A stretch of DNA of 57,825 nucleotides from NCBI GenBank assembly GCA_045591885.1, contig JAZNTT010000080.1, positions 1 to 57,825 of the forward strand, read 5' to 3'. The notes beneath the pieces were generated by a model. The model did no database searches and was not told the origin of the DNA. It worked only from the letters and a program-made list of their open reading frames with translations. A program made the position numbers and the translations under genes. The DNA comes from Eubacteriales bacterium. GTDB taxonomy: Bacteria > Bacillota > Clostridia > Oscillospirales > CAG-272. Below are positions 8,486 through 18,421 of the stretch, one piece after another (position 1 is the stretch's first letter; the number at the start of each line of letters is the position of its first letter).

Positions 8486-10027
8486 TTAGAACGAATTGAG
8501 TGGATCTTCTTCGTCCTTAAGATTCTCGTCAACTGTAATTTCTATTGAGTCAGGAGTTATTCCGTTCAGATCTCCGACAAGGTTGATTCCCGTTGCAATT
8601 AACGCTTTAACGTCTGGACGCCCGAGAATATTCGGAGAAAATGAGTTTGAGGTTTTAATAACGATCCTTGTGCCGTCCGTGTAGCCCTTTGACTGTTTTA
8701 GCATTTGCGCCGCAAAGTTGTCACTGCGCTCGACGGTCTCGATCACCTCGGCCCAGGAGGAGAGAGCAGAAAGGGAAGCGGAGGCAACCTTTTTAGGCGG
8801 CTCTTCTACCTTTTCTATCGGTTTGCTCTCGGGAATCTTCGCTTCTACAGATGATACGGAAAATGAGCCGGAAGCGAGTTTTTCTTCAAGAGATGCAATT
8901 CTCGAAAGCAGGGCTTCGGTTGTAACCGAAATTCTGTCGTCCGTGAGTGAAACAAGCGCCATCTCAGCTGTTACGCGCTTGACGGTTATGCTTCTCTGCA
9001 TTGCGTTGTAGGCATCAGCTAAGCTCTTTATATGATACAGTAGCTTTTCCTTCGTAAAGTGCTCGCAAAGGTCGGACGTTGACTTGTATTCCTCGTCAGT
9101 GAGATCGAGATACGCTTTTGCGTCCTTAGTACTTTTAACTACAAGCATATCGCGGTAAAATTCAATGAGCTCGCCAAAGAAAATCGTGAGATCGGCAGAT
9201 GCGGCTGTTATATCTCCGATAATCTCAAAAATTCTCTGTATGTCTTTTTTGAGCACGGCTGTTACAGCTTCAGCCGACACACCGCGTCCCATAACGCCCG
9301 CCGTTTCATTGACGAGCGAAATATTTATGGATTTGCCTTTTCCTGAGCAAAGCTCAAGCAGACTGATCGCGTCACGCATTCCGCCTTGCGAAATTCTGCC
9401 TATTAGCTTTGCAGCTTCATGAGTGACAGCAATGTTTTCTTTTGATGCAATGTACTCGAGGCGGGCAGCTATATCGTCTGTCGAGATGCGTTTAAAATCG
9501 AATCTCTGACAGCGTGATGTGATCGTCGCCGGAAGCTTCTGAAGCTCTGTTGTTGCGAGAATAAACACAACGTGCTGAGGCGGCTCTTCGAGGGTCTTAA
9601 GTAGCGCGTTAAACGCGCCGGAGGATAGCATATGAACCTCGTCGATAATGTAAACGCGTTTCTTTAGCGCGGCAGGAGTATAAACGACCTCTTCGCGAAT
9701 ATCTCTTATATAGTCAACGCCGTTGTTAGACGCGGCATCCATCTCGATTATATCAGTGTCGGCACCGCTTTCAATGAGCGTGCAAGCCTCGCATTTTCCG
9801 CAGGGATTACCGTCTATCGGTGACAGACAGTTTACGGCTTTAGCGAGTATTTTTGCACAGGTGGTTTTACCGGTTCCGCGGCTTCCGCAGAATAGATAGG
9901 CGTGAGAGGATCTGCCGTTTGCAATCTGGTACTTGAGAACGCTCGTAATATGGTCTTGACCAACTACTGATGCAAAGTCTAACGGACGCCATTTTCTATA
10001 TAAAGTTGTATGTTCAGACATTGACAT
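8486..10027 (-). CDS. dnaX: DNA polymerase III subunit gamma/tau
   Basis: 513 aa. GSRGTGKTT Walker A, zinc module CGKCEAC, IIDEVHML, SRCQRF. Confidence 0.95.
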   Translation of the reverse strand: MSMSEHTTLYRKWRPLDFASVVGQDHITSVLKYQIANGRSSHAYLFCGSRGTGKTTCAKILAKAVNCLSPIDGNPCGKCEACTLIESGADTDIIEMDAASNNGVDYIRDIREEVVYTPAALKKRVYIIDEVHMLSSGAFNALLKTLEEPPQHVVFILATTELQKLPATITSRCQRFDFKRISTDDIAARLEYIASKENIAVTHEAAKLIGRISQGGMRDAISLLELCSGKGKSINISLVNETAGVMGRGVSAEAVTAVLKKDIQRIFEIIGDITAASADLTIFFGELIEFYRDMLVVKSTKDAKAYLDLTDEEYKSTSDLCEHFTKEKLLYHIKSLADAYNAMQRSITVKRVTAEMALVSLTDDRISVTTEALLSRIASLEEKLASGSFSVSSVEAKIPESKPIEKVEEPPKKVASASLSALSSWAEVIETVERSDNFAAQMLKQSKGYTDGTRIVIKTSNSFSPNILGRPDVKALIATGINLVGDLNGITPDSIEITVDENLKDEEDPLNSF

Positions 10028-10045
10028 CTCCTCCTTAATACCATA

Positions 10046-10232
10046 AAAGGCAGGGAATATTGGGGGAGACGAATGACATTGTTCAAAGCAGGCAACCTCT
10101 CACGCCCTGACCGCAGCTGCTTAATGCTGCTCGGTTCCCCGCCTGACATGGTTCGCAGTCGTCAGTCGCGAAAGACCTGCTTTGAACAACGGCATCCGTC
10201 ATTTTTACCCAATGAATGCCTGCCCTAAAGTT
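10046..10232 (-). ncRNA. ffs: Signal recognition particle RNA (boundaries approximate)
   Basis: Minus strand contains GTCAGGCGGGGAACCGAGCAGC, a domain IV-like core. The arms are long and complementary (GGCAGG..ATTGGG pairs with CCCAAT..CCTGCC). Position just upstream of dnaX is typical for Firmicutes. Confidence 0.8.
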
Positions 10233-10308
10233 AATATTATTATAACAGATTTATCTGCTTATTTCAATAGTTTTATTGAATTTTATTGATATTTTTAATG
10301 ATTTACCG

Positions 10309-10731
10309 TTAAACTTTTACCTCGAAAGTATTACTGCATCTGGGACAGACTGCACGGTGCTTGCCCTTGATCTTTTTAAGGCGAAGAACCGCCTTGCAGC
10401 GTGGACATTTTTTATAAACGTGAGTCTTTCTGTCTCTGTATTTCGATTTTCTGAGAGTTAACTGTGTCTTTAACTTCGTAGAAAACTGAATGTATTTGTA
10501 ATTCTCGACTTGACGTTTAACCAGATTTCGCGAAAGAGCGCGGAAAAAGATGTAGAATGCAAGAAGCATTATGCATATATTCATAATTAGCGACACCATC
10601 GGGGGTACAAACAGGGAAATTATCCACTGACTTACTACGAGAATAATATAGAGAACAAACAGAAAACGTCCCAATTTATCAAAGCCGTTTCTGCCGTACA
10701 TAAATGAAAATATTTTATCTCTGAAACGCAT
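10309..10731 (-). CDS. Membrane protein with C-terminal zinc ribbon, unknown function
   Basis: 140 aa. Two hydrophobic helices, then CPRC..17 aa..CPRC. Confidence 0.6.
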   Translation of the reverse strand: MRFRDKIFSFMYGRNGFDKLGRFLFVLYIILVVSQWIISLFVPPMVSLIMNICIMLLAFYIFFRALSRNLVKRQVENYKYIQFSTKLKTQLTLRKSKYRDRKTHVYKKCPRCKAVLRLKKIKGKHRAVCPRCSNTFEVKV

Positions 10732-10872
10732 TATAAATCACCTACCGAGTATATGATAAACCTTTTTTGTGAACGCATATAGATATAATTTTAACCTTTT
10801 GGTTAATATAAGATATCTACTTGCTTTTTATGAGGATATGTGCTATGATTTGTATGGGAATAAGGTGATATT

Positions 10873-11553
10873 ATGGAACTGAAAATAATTGCAAGAATTA
10901 AGAATGATTTTCCGACAAAATTTGGCCTGCCGCGGCAAAGCGGGCTATCGGGCTTAGCTTCGGAAATTGTTTTTGAAAAGGAATATTCTGTTGATGAAGC
11001 GTTTCGCGGAATTACTGATTTTTCACATATAATAGTAATATGGGGATTTTCTGAAACCGAACGCGATAAATGGTCACCGACAGTTCGTCCGCCGCGGCTG
11101 GGCGGTAATAAACGAGTTGGTGTGTTCGCTACTCGTTCACCGTTTAGGCCTAATTCAATTGGTCTTACAGTTGTAAAGCTTCTTTCAGTTGAAAAGCGCG
11201 ATGGCAGGACCGTTATTACGGTTTCGGGCGCTGATATGATGAGTGGTACGCCGGTTTATGATATTAAACCCTATCTTTCATTTGCAGATTCTGTCCCGGA
11301 TGCCGTATCTGGATTTGCTGATGTTGTAAAAGAACATTCCCTTGAAGTAGTTATAGATAAGGACGATTCTGACGTGCTTGATAAGAAACGCTTCAAGGCG
11401 CTCATCGAGATACTTTCTCAAGATCCCCGTCCCTCGTATCAAAATGATCCGAATCGCGTTTACGGCTTCGAATATGCTGACTGTGAAATCAAGTTCACTG
11501 TTGACGGTAGGATTCTTTACGTTAAAAGTATAACAAAAAAATCCGAAGCATGA
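10873..11553 (+). CDS. trmO: tRNA (t6A37-N6)-methyltransferase TrmO (YaeB/TsaA family)
   Basis: 226 aa. FGLPRQ..., GVFATRSPFRPN, GTPVYDIKPY family hallmarks. Promoter TTGCTT-17-TATGAT upstream. Confidence 0.85.
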   Translation: MELKIIARIKNDFPTKFGLPRQSGLSGLASEIVFEKEYSVDEAFRGITDFSHIIVIWGFSETERDKWSPTVRPPRLGGNKRVGVFATRSPFRPNSIGLTVVKLLSVEKRDGRTVITVSGADMMSGTPVYDIKPYLSFADSVPDAVSGFADVVKEHSLEVVIDKDDSDVLDKKRFKALIEILSQDPRPSYQNDPNRVYGFEYADCEIKFTVDGRILYVKSITKKSEA

Positions 11554-11567
11554 GCTTCGGATTTTTT
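11535..11567. terminator. Bidirectional terminator between trmO and rplS
   Basis: ATCCGAAGC..GCTTCGGAT hairpin with an A-run and a T-run. Confidence 0.75.
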
Positions 11568-11586
11568 CGATGTTAAGTTTCCGTAA

Positions 11587-11928
11587 TCAGATGCGTTCCT
11601 TAACGCGGGATGCCTTGCCGACTCTATCACGGAGATAGTAGAGCTTAGCACGTCTAACCTTACCTATTCTGGTAACAACTACCTTCTCAACGTTGGGAGA
11701 ATGAAGAGGGAAGGTTTTCTCTACACCAACACCGTATGCTACGCGGCGAACGGTGAAGGTCTCGGAGATACCGCCGCCATTTTTTGCGATAACGGTTCCT
11801 TCGAAAATCTGGGTACGGGTGCGCTCACCCTCGACTATGCGGCAGTAAACCTTAACGTCGTTACCGATGTCGAACTTGGGGGCGTCAGTCTTGAGCTGCT
11901 CATTTGTAAAAGCCTTAATAAGATCCAT
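11587..11928 (-). CDS. rplS: 50S ribosomal protein L19
   Basis: Protein begins [13 protein letters not shown] after the RBS AAGGAGGAG. The longer ORF-track start (11982) has no RBS. Confidence 0.95.
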   Translation of the reverse strand: MDLIKAFTNEQLKTDAPKFDIGNDVKVYCRIVEGERTRTQIFEGTVIAKNGGGISETFTVRRVAYGVGVEKTFPLHSPNVEKVVVTRIGKVRRAKLYYLRDRVGKASRVKERI

Positions 11929-12062
11929 TGTTGGCTCCTCCTTATATTCAGGGTGTTCGTGCAGAGCGTCGCAGAGGACCACCCATAGTTAACAGGAGCA
12001 TTATAGCATATAATTTGTTGTAATGCAATAGGAAATGCGAAGTTTACATTTTGTTTACAATA

Positions 12063-12743
12063 TCAATTTCCGCTCGAGAAGAACGGGGCAAGGGAAGATG
12101 CAACGCTGTGAATAGGCATTGACTGAAGAGTTACCTTCCCGGGGCCGGTGATTACAGTATTAAAGAATCCCTCTCCGCCGAAGAGCTTGTTTTTAAGGCC
12201 CTTGACAGTTGTGATATCCATCTGACAAGTTGAGTCCATTTTTGCAAGATATCCTGTATCGACTACTATTTGCTGACCGGGTGCAAGCTCATAGTCAACA
12301 GCGTGACCGTCTATCTCGACAAAAGCAATTCCGCGGCCGGAAAGCTTTTGCATTATAAAGCCCTCTCCGCCAAATAGTCCCGCGCCGAATTTTCTCTGAA
12401 AATGCACAGAGAGCTGAACGCCCTCGGTTGCAGCAAGAAATGCTCTTTTTTGAACAATTATCGGAAGCTCGGGAGTTATCTCAAGAGCCATAATCGAGCC
12501 GGGGAAGCTTGATGCAAATGCAATTGTGCCCTCGCCACCCTGTGCTGTATATCTGTTCTGGAACATAGCCTCTCCAGAAAACATTCTTCCAAATGCCTTA
12601 CCGAGACCGCCGTTAGACGTTGTTTCCATCATCATATTTGGACTCATCCAGCTCATGCTTCCGCGTTCGGTTATCATGCTTTCACCGTTATCAAGAGTAC
12701 AGATCACTACCGGAAGCGGGGTTCCTTCAATTTTGTATTTCAT
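12063..12743 (-). CDS. AIM24/TIGR00266-family protein (DUF124), unknown function
   Basis: Starts MKYKIEGTPLPVV... with repeated GGEGF segments typical of this family. RBS GGAGGA lies before the ATG at 12743. Confidence 0.7.
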   Translation of the reverse strand: MKYKIEGTPLPVVICTLDNGESMITERGSMSWMSPNMMMETTSNGGLGKAFGRMFSGEAMFQNRYTAQGGEGTIAFASSFPGSIMALEITPELPIIVQKRAFLAATEGVQLSVHFQRKFGAGLFGGEGFIMQKLSGRGIAFVEIDGHAVDYELAPGQQIVVDTGYLAKMDSTCQMDITTVKGLKNKLFGGEGFFNTVITGPGKVTLQSMPIHSVASSLAPFFSSGN

Positions 12744-12877
12744 AATGTCCTCCAGCAAAATTTGTTACTATTATTTTAACATTTGGTGGTGTTTGTGTCA
12801 ATAGTTGAGAAAAGCTATTTACAAAATCGTCGGATAATGTTATAATAAGCTATATTTATGCGAAAGGATCAAGTATT

Positions 12878-13345
12878 ATGAAGTGTCCGATATGTGATTA
12901 TGCAGACAGTAAGGTTATTGATTCCCGCCCGACTGATAATGGCGGTATTCGCAGACGCAGAGAGTGTCTTGCCTGTAAAAATCGTTTCACGACGTATGAG
13001 ATGTATGAAGTTACTAACACAGCGCCACTCGTTGTTATAAAGAAGGATAATTCACTTCAGCTTTTTGACAGAAACAAAATTTTGACGGGTCTGCTTCAAG
13101 CTTGCTATAAGCGACCGGTTACTAATGAGCAGATAAAAAAGATAGTAGATGATATTGAAGATGAGCTTAAAAATACGCTCAAAACCGAGTTCCGCTCGGC
13201 GGACATTGGCAAGCTGGTTATGTTAAAGCTCAAGGAGCTTGATGAGGTTTCATACGTTCGCTTTGCTTCAGTTTACCGCGAATTTAAAGATGTTGAGACC
13301 TTTATGGACGAATTAAATCATCTCAAGAGCGAAAAAACGGAATAA
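12878..13345 (+). CDS. nrdR: Transcriptional repressor NrdR
   Basis: 155 aa. [33 protein letters not shown] zinc ribbon plus ATP-cone. Confidence 0.95.
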   Translation: MKCPICDYADSKVIDSRPTDNGGIRRRRECLACKNRFTTYEMYEVTNTAPLVVIKKDNSLQLFDRNKILTGLLQACYKRPVTNEQIKKIVDDIEDELKNTLKTEFRSADIGKLVMLKLKELDEVSYVRFASVYREFKDVETFMDELNHLKSEKTE

Positions 13346-13386
13346 AAAATGACCTGCATATCAATCAAGATGCAGGTCATTTTTTA
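13344..13386. terminator. Bidirectional terminator between nrdR and argD
   Basis: ATGACCTGCAT..ATGCAGGTCAT hairpin flanked by A/T runs. Confidence 0.8.
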
Positions 13387-14559
13387 TTCAGCGCAGATAT
13401 CGCAAATTATGTTTAGAGCCTTGAGTAGTAGATCATCGGGGATATTTAGTGCAGGGAGGAGACGAATCTTGTTCTTCGCAGTAAGGCAGAGAACTCCTCG
13501 ATCAATGCACATCTTGACAATATCGGAAGCCTTCTTTTCGGTTTCAATGCCGATCATAAGACCCATTCCACTTACAGAAATGATACCTTTCTTCCCCGAA
13601 AGAGTATCTCTAACAAGCCGATTCTTCCTCTTTACTTCGTTTAGCAGTCCGTCATCGATTCGTGACACCACCGATAGCGCGCCGGCAGCACAAACAGGAT
13701 TTCCGCCGTAGGTAGATCCGTGGTCTCCGAAGCCAAGTACATTTTGGACTTTTTCTCCGAGTATAGCGGCACCAATAGGAAGACCTCCGCCAAGGCCCTT
13801 TGCGGTTGTTACAATGTCGGGCTTGATTTCGTAATTCATATAAGCATAGAATTTGCCGCTTCTGCCGTTGCCCGTCTGCACCTCGTCAATTATGAGGATA
13901 ACGTCCTCCATCCGTGCAATCCTGTATGCTTCTTCTATGAATTCCTTCGGAGTGTTAAGAACGCCGCCCTCGCCTTGAATGATTTCTATCATTATAGCTG
14001 CCGCCTTTGTTGATTTTACAAGCGGAAGCAGATCTTCATGCTTGCTTGAATCAACATGAACAAATCCGGGAGTAAGCGGCTGAAACAGCTCGTGATAGTG
14101 TGTTTGACCGGTAGCCGAAAGAGTCGTTAAGGTTCTTCCGTGGAAGCTGTTTTCAAGGGTGATGATCGTGTAGTGATCAGCGCCTTTTTTCTCGGCCGCA
14201 TACTTGCGTGCGACTTTAATTGCACACTCGTTAGCCTCTGCTCCCGAGTTGCCGAAAAAGACCTTTTTAAGTCCCGTCTTCTTGCAGAGCAGCTCTGCAA
14301 GCCTTGCACAGGGTTCTGTATAATACAGGTTAGACATGTGCTGTACTTTGGAAATCTGTTCCGTAACAGCTTTCTGCCATTCGTTATCGGCAATACCGAA
14401 CGCAGTAACTCCGATTCCTGAACCCATGTCAATATATTCTTTGCCGTTTTCGTCATAAACGAGCGAACCCTTGCCGTGAGTTATCTCAACAGGGAAGCGC
14501 GCATACGTTCCGGCAACGTATTCTTTATCAAGTTCCTTGATGTTCGACATATTATTCAC
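13384..14559 (-). CDS. argD: Acetylornithine aminotransferase
   Basis: 391 aa class III aminotransferase. Motifs GSGAEANE, IDEVQTGNGRSG and TTAKGLGGGLP (PLP Lys). Sits in the arg operon. Confidence 0.9.
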   Translation of the reverse strand: MNNMSNIKELDKEYVAGTYARFPVEITHGKGSLVYDENGKEYIDMGSGIGVTAFGIADNEWQKAVTEQISKVQHMSNLYYTEPCARLAELLCKKTGLKKVFFGNSGAEANECAIKVARKYAAEKKGADHYTIITLENSFHGRTLTTLSATGQTHYHELFQPLTPGFVHVDSSKHEDLLPLVKSTKAAAIMIEIIQGEGGVLNTPKEFIEEAYRIARMEDVILIIDEVQTGNGRSGKFYAYMNYEIKPDIVTTAKGLGGGLPIGAAILGEKVQNVLGFGDHGSTYGGNPVCAAGALSVVSRIDDGLLNEVKRKNRLVRDTLSGKKGIISVSGMGLMIGIETEKKASDIVKMCIDRGVLCLTAKNKIRLLPALNIPDDLLLKALNIICDICAE

Positions 14560-15415
14560 CCATTACCATCGTACCCGCTCCCTCGTCAGTAAGAAGCTCC
14601 ATAAGGATCGCGTGGGGGATACGGCCGTCCATTATTGTAACGTTCTTTACACCTGCGTTTATTGCTTCAATGCAGCAGTCGACTTTAGGAATCATTCCAC
14701 CCGAAACAATACCGTCATCGTAAAGCTTTTTCGCTTCGGAAACAGTGACTTTAGGAATCAGCGTCGATGGATCGTCCTTATCTCGAAGAATACCTGCTAC
14801 ATCCGTCATCATAATTAGGCGCTCAGCGTCCATAGCTCCCGCAATATATGCGGCTGCAGTATCACCGTTGATATTGTAAACGTTACCCTGACGGTCGGAA
14901 GCCACAGTCGAAATTACGGGAATATAATTCTTTTCAAGAAGGTCAGTTATCGGCTGAGAACGAACCTTTACGATCTCTCCCACAAAACCGAGACGATCGT
15001 CCTTGATCCTTGCCTCGATAATTCCGCCGTCCATACCGGAGAGACCTACGGCGTGTCCGCCCTTCATTTGAAGAAGAGTTACAAGCGACTTGTTGACCTT
15101 ACCTGCAAGGACCATCTGAACGATGTCAACGGTCTCCTTATCGGTAACGCGCAAGCCGTCAACAAACTCAGGCTGCTTTCCGAGCTTCTTCATCATATCG
15201 GAAATCTCAGGTCCGCCGCCGTGAATAAGTACGACCTTAACTCCGATAAGCCAAAGCAAGGCAATGTCTTCCATTACCTGCTGCTTTAGCGTTTCATCTA
15301 TCATGGCGTTGCCGCCATACTTAATTATAACGACCTTGCCGACGTACTGTTTGATATAGGGGAGCGCTTGAGTAAGTATTTCCGCGCGCTCTGCGTTAGA
15401 AACTGATGTGTTCAT
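14552..15415 (-). CDS. argB: Acetylglutamate kinase
   Basis: 287 aa. VIIKYGGNAM, HGGGPEI, NINGDTAA motifs. Confidence 0.95.
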   Translation of the reverse strand: MNTSVSNAERAEILTQALPYIKQYVGKVVIIKYGGNAMIDETLKQQVMEDIALLWLIGVKVVLIHGGGPEISDMMKKLGKQPEFVDGLRVTDKETVDIVQMVLAGKVNKSLVTLLQMKGGHAVGLSGMDGGIIEARIKDDRLGFVGEIVKVRSQPITDLLEKNYIPVISTVASDRQGNVYNINGDTAAAYIAGAMDAERLIMMTDVAGILRDKDDPSTLIPKVTVSEAKKLYDDGIVSGGMIPKVDCCIEAINAGVKNVTIMDGRIPHAILMELLTDEGAGTMVMGE

Positions 15416-15424
15416 ATTAATTCC

Positions 15425-16639
15425 TTATGTACGGTAGTCACCGTTGATCTTTACGTAATCGTATGTGAGATCGCAGCCCCAAGCAGTTGCCTCCGAATCT
15501 GCCTGATTAAGAGCTATCTCAATTGTAATTTCCTTTTCAAGAAGGATCTCTTTTGCTTTTTCTTCAGAGAAAGGAACGCCTGCGCCGTTCTTGCATACGT
15601 TAATCTCGCCCTTTGGTGAAACGAATGTAACGTCTACTCTGTTTACATCAATGTCTGCGCCGCTGTAACCGATAGCACAGAGTACACGTCCCCAGTTAGC
15701 ATCAGCTCCGAACATAGCGGCTTTTAGCAGGGAAGAGCAAATAACGCTCTTCGCAACGGTTTTTGCTGTAGGAAGGTCCTTACCGCCGCTTACGTGACAC
15801 TCAAGAAGCTTTGTCGCTCCCTCTCCGTCGCCTGCAATCATTCTGCAAAGATGGATCGTGACAGTGTTAAGTGCCTTCATGAATTCGGAGAAGTCATTGC
15901 CTTCGCTTACGATTTCTTCGTTGCCTGCAAGTCCGTTTGCCATAACAGAAACCATATCGTTCGTAGATGTGTCTCCGTCAACGCTCAACATGTTGAACGT
16001 GTCTGCAATATCAGTCTTGAGTGCCTTAGAAAGCATTTCGGAAGAAATTGCGGCGTCGGTAGTGATAAATACCAGCATTGTTGCCATGTTGGGATGGATC
16101 ATGCCCGAGCCCTTGGCTATACCGCCAATGTGACAGGTCTTTCCTCCGACTTTAAATTCAACCGCGATTTCCTTTAAAACGGTATCCGTAGTGAGAATCG
16201 CCTCACCAGCATCTGCTCCGCCATCGTAGGAGAGGGCGTTTGTCAAAGGTGCCATTCCGTTCTTGATCGGCTCAAGGTTCAGCGGCTGACCGATAACACC
16301 GGTAGATGCAACAATAACGTCGTTTGCCTTCACGCCGGTATATTCAGAAACGAGCGCGCTCATTTCCTCTGCGATCTCAACGCCGTTAGAGTTGCAGGTG
16401 TTAGCGTTTCCGCTGTTGCAGATAACTGCTTGCGCCTTGCCGTCACTGATATGATTCTTGGTCACGGTAAGAGGCGCACCCTTAACGAGGTTAGTAGTAT
16501 AAACTGCCGCCGCGTTGCAAATAACGTCACTCACGATAAGAGCGAGATCCTTCTTTGTGCGGTTTTTACGGATTCCGCAGTGAACACCTGATGCCTTAAA
16601 TCCTTTTGCGGCTGTAACTCCGCCTGATACTATCTTCAT
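15425..16639 (-). CDS. argJ: Bifunctional ornithine acetyltransferase / N-acetylglutamate synthase
   Basis: 404 aa. Autoprocessing site region HPNMATML. KGFKASGVHCGIRK N-terminus. Confidence 0.95.
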   Translation of the reverse strand: MKIVSGGVTAAKGFKASGVHCGIRKNRTKKDLALIVSDVICNAAAVYTTNLVKGAPLTVTKNHISDGKAQAVICNSGNANTCNSNGVEIAEEMSALVSEYTGVKANDVIVASTGVIGQPLNLEPIKNGMAPLTNALSYDGGADAGEAILTTDTVLKEIAVEFKVGGKTCHIGGIAKGSGMIHPNMATMLVFITTDAAISSEMLSKALKTDIADTFNMLSVDGDTSTNDMVSVMANGLAGNEEIVSEGNDFSEFMKALNTVTIHLCRMIAGDGEGATKLLECHVSGGKDLPTAKTVAKSVICSSLLKAAMFGADANWGRVLCAIGYSGADIDVNRVDVTFVSPKGEINVCKNGAGVPFSEEKAKEILLEKEITIEIALNQADSEATAWGCDLTYDYVKINGDYRT

Positions 16640-16643
16640 TTCA

Positions 16644-17573
16644 TTATCCTTTCAGTGAAAGTCCCGTTGTTTCATCACAACCGAGAACTATGTTCATATT
16701 CTGTATTGCCGCACCCGATGCGCCTTTTCCAAGGTTATCGAATCGAGAAATGAGCAGTATTCTGTCCTCGTTTCCGAGAACCGAGATCTCCATTCCGTCG
16801 TCGTGATCAAATTTAGACGCGGACATAAGTCCGCTTTCCGACGGATCATCGCTGTATTTAACGACAGGTCCGTTATAAATGCTCCTGTAAATCTCTTTAA
16901 TATCATTTGCATCACCCTTGATCTGCCTTGCAAAAATCGGAACGGTTACTTCCATGCCGCAATAGAAATCAGATACTATCGGTGAAAAAATAGGGAGATT
17001 GCTAAGAGACGAAATCACGGACATTTCCTTAAGGTGCTTGTGATTTTGCGTCAGCGCATATTGACGCGGAGCGGAAAGAAGCGGATCACGCATTTCGCTT
17101 TCGTAATCGGCTATCATCTTTTTACCCCCGCCCGAATATCCGGTTATTGAAAAACAGGTCAGAAGCTCGTCCTTCGAAATGACGCCTGCCTCAACAAGCG
17201 GTTGAACAAGAGCGATAAATCCGCTTGCATGGCAACCGGGATTTGCGATTCTCTTGCTTGATTCAATTCGTTTCCTATATCCGTTAAGCTCAGGCATACC
17301 GTAAGTCCAATTTGGGTCTGTCCTGTGAGCCGTCGACGTATCAATGACAACCGGGCCGCCGTTGCCTATATTTATAACCGATTCTCTTGCTGCATCATCG
17401 GGCAAGCATAAAAACACGATGTCAGCAGAGATTGATATTTCTTTTTTAGCATCAGGGTCCTTACGAAGCTCGTCCGGAAGGGAGAGGAGGGTTATATCTT
17501 TTCTTATAGATAGTCTCTCGTGGATGCGCAAACCGGTAGTTCCTGCACTGCCGTCAATAAAAACCTTTGTCAT
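16644..17573 (-). CDS. argC: N-acetyl-gamma-glutamyl-phosphate reductase (short type)
   Basis: 309 aa. GSAGTTG Rossmann motif and active-site NPGCHASG. Confidence 0.9.
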   Translation of the reverse strand: MTKVFIDGSAGTTGLRIHERLSIRKDITLLSLPDELRKDPDAKKEISISADIVFLCLPDDAARESVINIGNGGPVVIDTSTAHRTDPNWTYGMPELNGYRKRIESSKRIANPGCHASGFIALVQPLVEAGVISKDELLTCFSITGYSGGGKKMIADYESEMRDPLLSAPRQYALTQNHKHLKEMSVISSLSNLPIFSPIVSDFYCGMEVTVPIFARQIKGDANDIKEIYRSIYNGPVVKYSDDPSESGLMSASKFDHDDGMEISVLGNEDRILLISRFDNLGKGASGAAIQNMNIVLGCDETTGLSLKG

Positions 17574-17590
17574 TAATATTCTCCGTTAAT

Positions 17591-17656
17591 TGTGAATATA
17601 AATTCAGTCGAAAACAAATATGCATATATTATACAACATTTAAATTGTCATGTCAA
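17591..17656 (-). promoter_or_regulatory. argCJBD promoter with ARG-box-like operators
   Basis: TTGACA(17651-17656)-17nt-TATAAT(17628-17633) on the minus strand. Palindrome TGAATATAAATTCA at 17593-17606 matches the ARG box core. A second AT-rich box (~17617-17634) overlaps the -10. Confidence 0.7.
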
Positions 17657-17790
17657 GTTGGTTATCTATATAAATTATAGCTAAAATAACGAATCTTTTA
17701 GTGCATAATATTAAAATACCGCACAGACGAATATTTCTGTGCGGTACAAATCAGTTTGAATGAATAAATATACCAATAATATGCATTACC

Positions 17791-18339
17791 TTATATGCTA
17801 AAATCAGGAATGCCAAAGTCCTCGGACAGAGGGTCACGAAACAGTTCGATCATTGGCGGATCAAAGGTAAAATACATAAACATTATCATCAAAGACGTAA
17901 TCAACATTATTCCTATTATAGATTCGCGTTCTCCGAAATTACATTTCGTTAGAAATAGATATGTAAGTATCGATGTCAAGCCTGTTGCTAAAATGAATAG
18001 TATTATATCGCAAAGAAAATAATTTGTGCCTACTATGCCGCTATAAGTGTAGTACCCGCATAGAACAAAAAGCATCCCGATTAAAGTTGCGAATCCTTTT
18101 GCGCCGAAATAGCCCTTGTACGCCTTACCAAATATTAAGTATTCCGGAATACTCATAATGATCGAGGGAATCAATACAAGCTTCAGATGCTCCCATATAC
18201 TTTCGTTTACCGGAGCAAATGCTCCTACAATAGTGCTCCTGCCGGCAAATTCAAAGGCAAAATGGAGCAGAGTACCAAGTATAATTGAAACAAGAAACGA
18301 AAAGAACAGCGTTTTTTCGGCCTTTCTTTTAATGTTCAA
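17791..18339 (-). CDS. Polytopic membrane protein, unknown function
   Basis: About 5 hydrophobic helices. Likely TTG start at 18339 after the RBS GGGGGTGA; the ORF-track start is 18375. Confidence 0.55.
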   Translation of the reverse strand: MNIKRKAEKTLFFSFLVSIILGTLLHFAFEFAGRSTIVGAFAPVNESIWEHLKLVLIPSIIMSIPEYLIFGKAYKGYFGAKGFATLIGMLFVLCGYYTYSGIVGTNYFLCDIILFILATGLTSILTYLFLTKCNFGERESIIGIMLITSLMIMFMYFTFDPPMIELFRDPLSEDFGIPDFSI

Positions 18340-18421
18340 ATAATCACCCCCACGGTAAAATATATTACACAGCAAGAATAATTATAACAAAAAGCGGCAT
18401 TTCTGCCGCTTTAAGTCTATA

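Noticed and set aside
11929-12062. Possible ribosomal-protein L19 leader structure upstream of rplS
   Set aside because: A GGGTG..CACCC stem with duplicated CTCTGC elements and a TTGCAT-17-TATAAT promoter are visible. I cannot match them to the known leader motif by eye, so I leave it uncalled.
13349-13711. 120-aa plus-strand ORF starting in the nrdR/argD terminator
   Set aside because: It is antisense to the 3' end of argD and begins inside the terminator hairpin, with no RBS.
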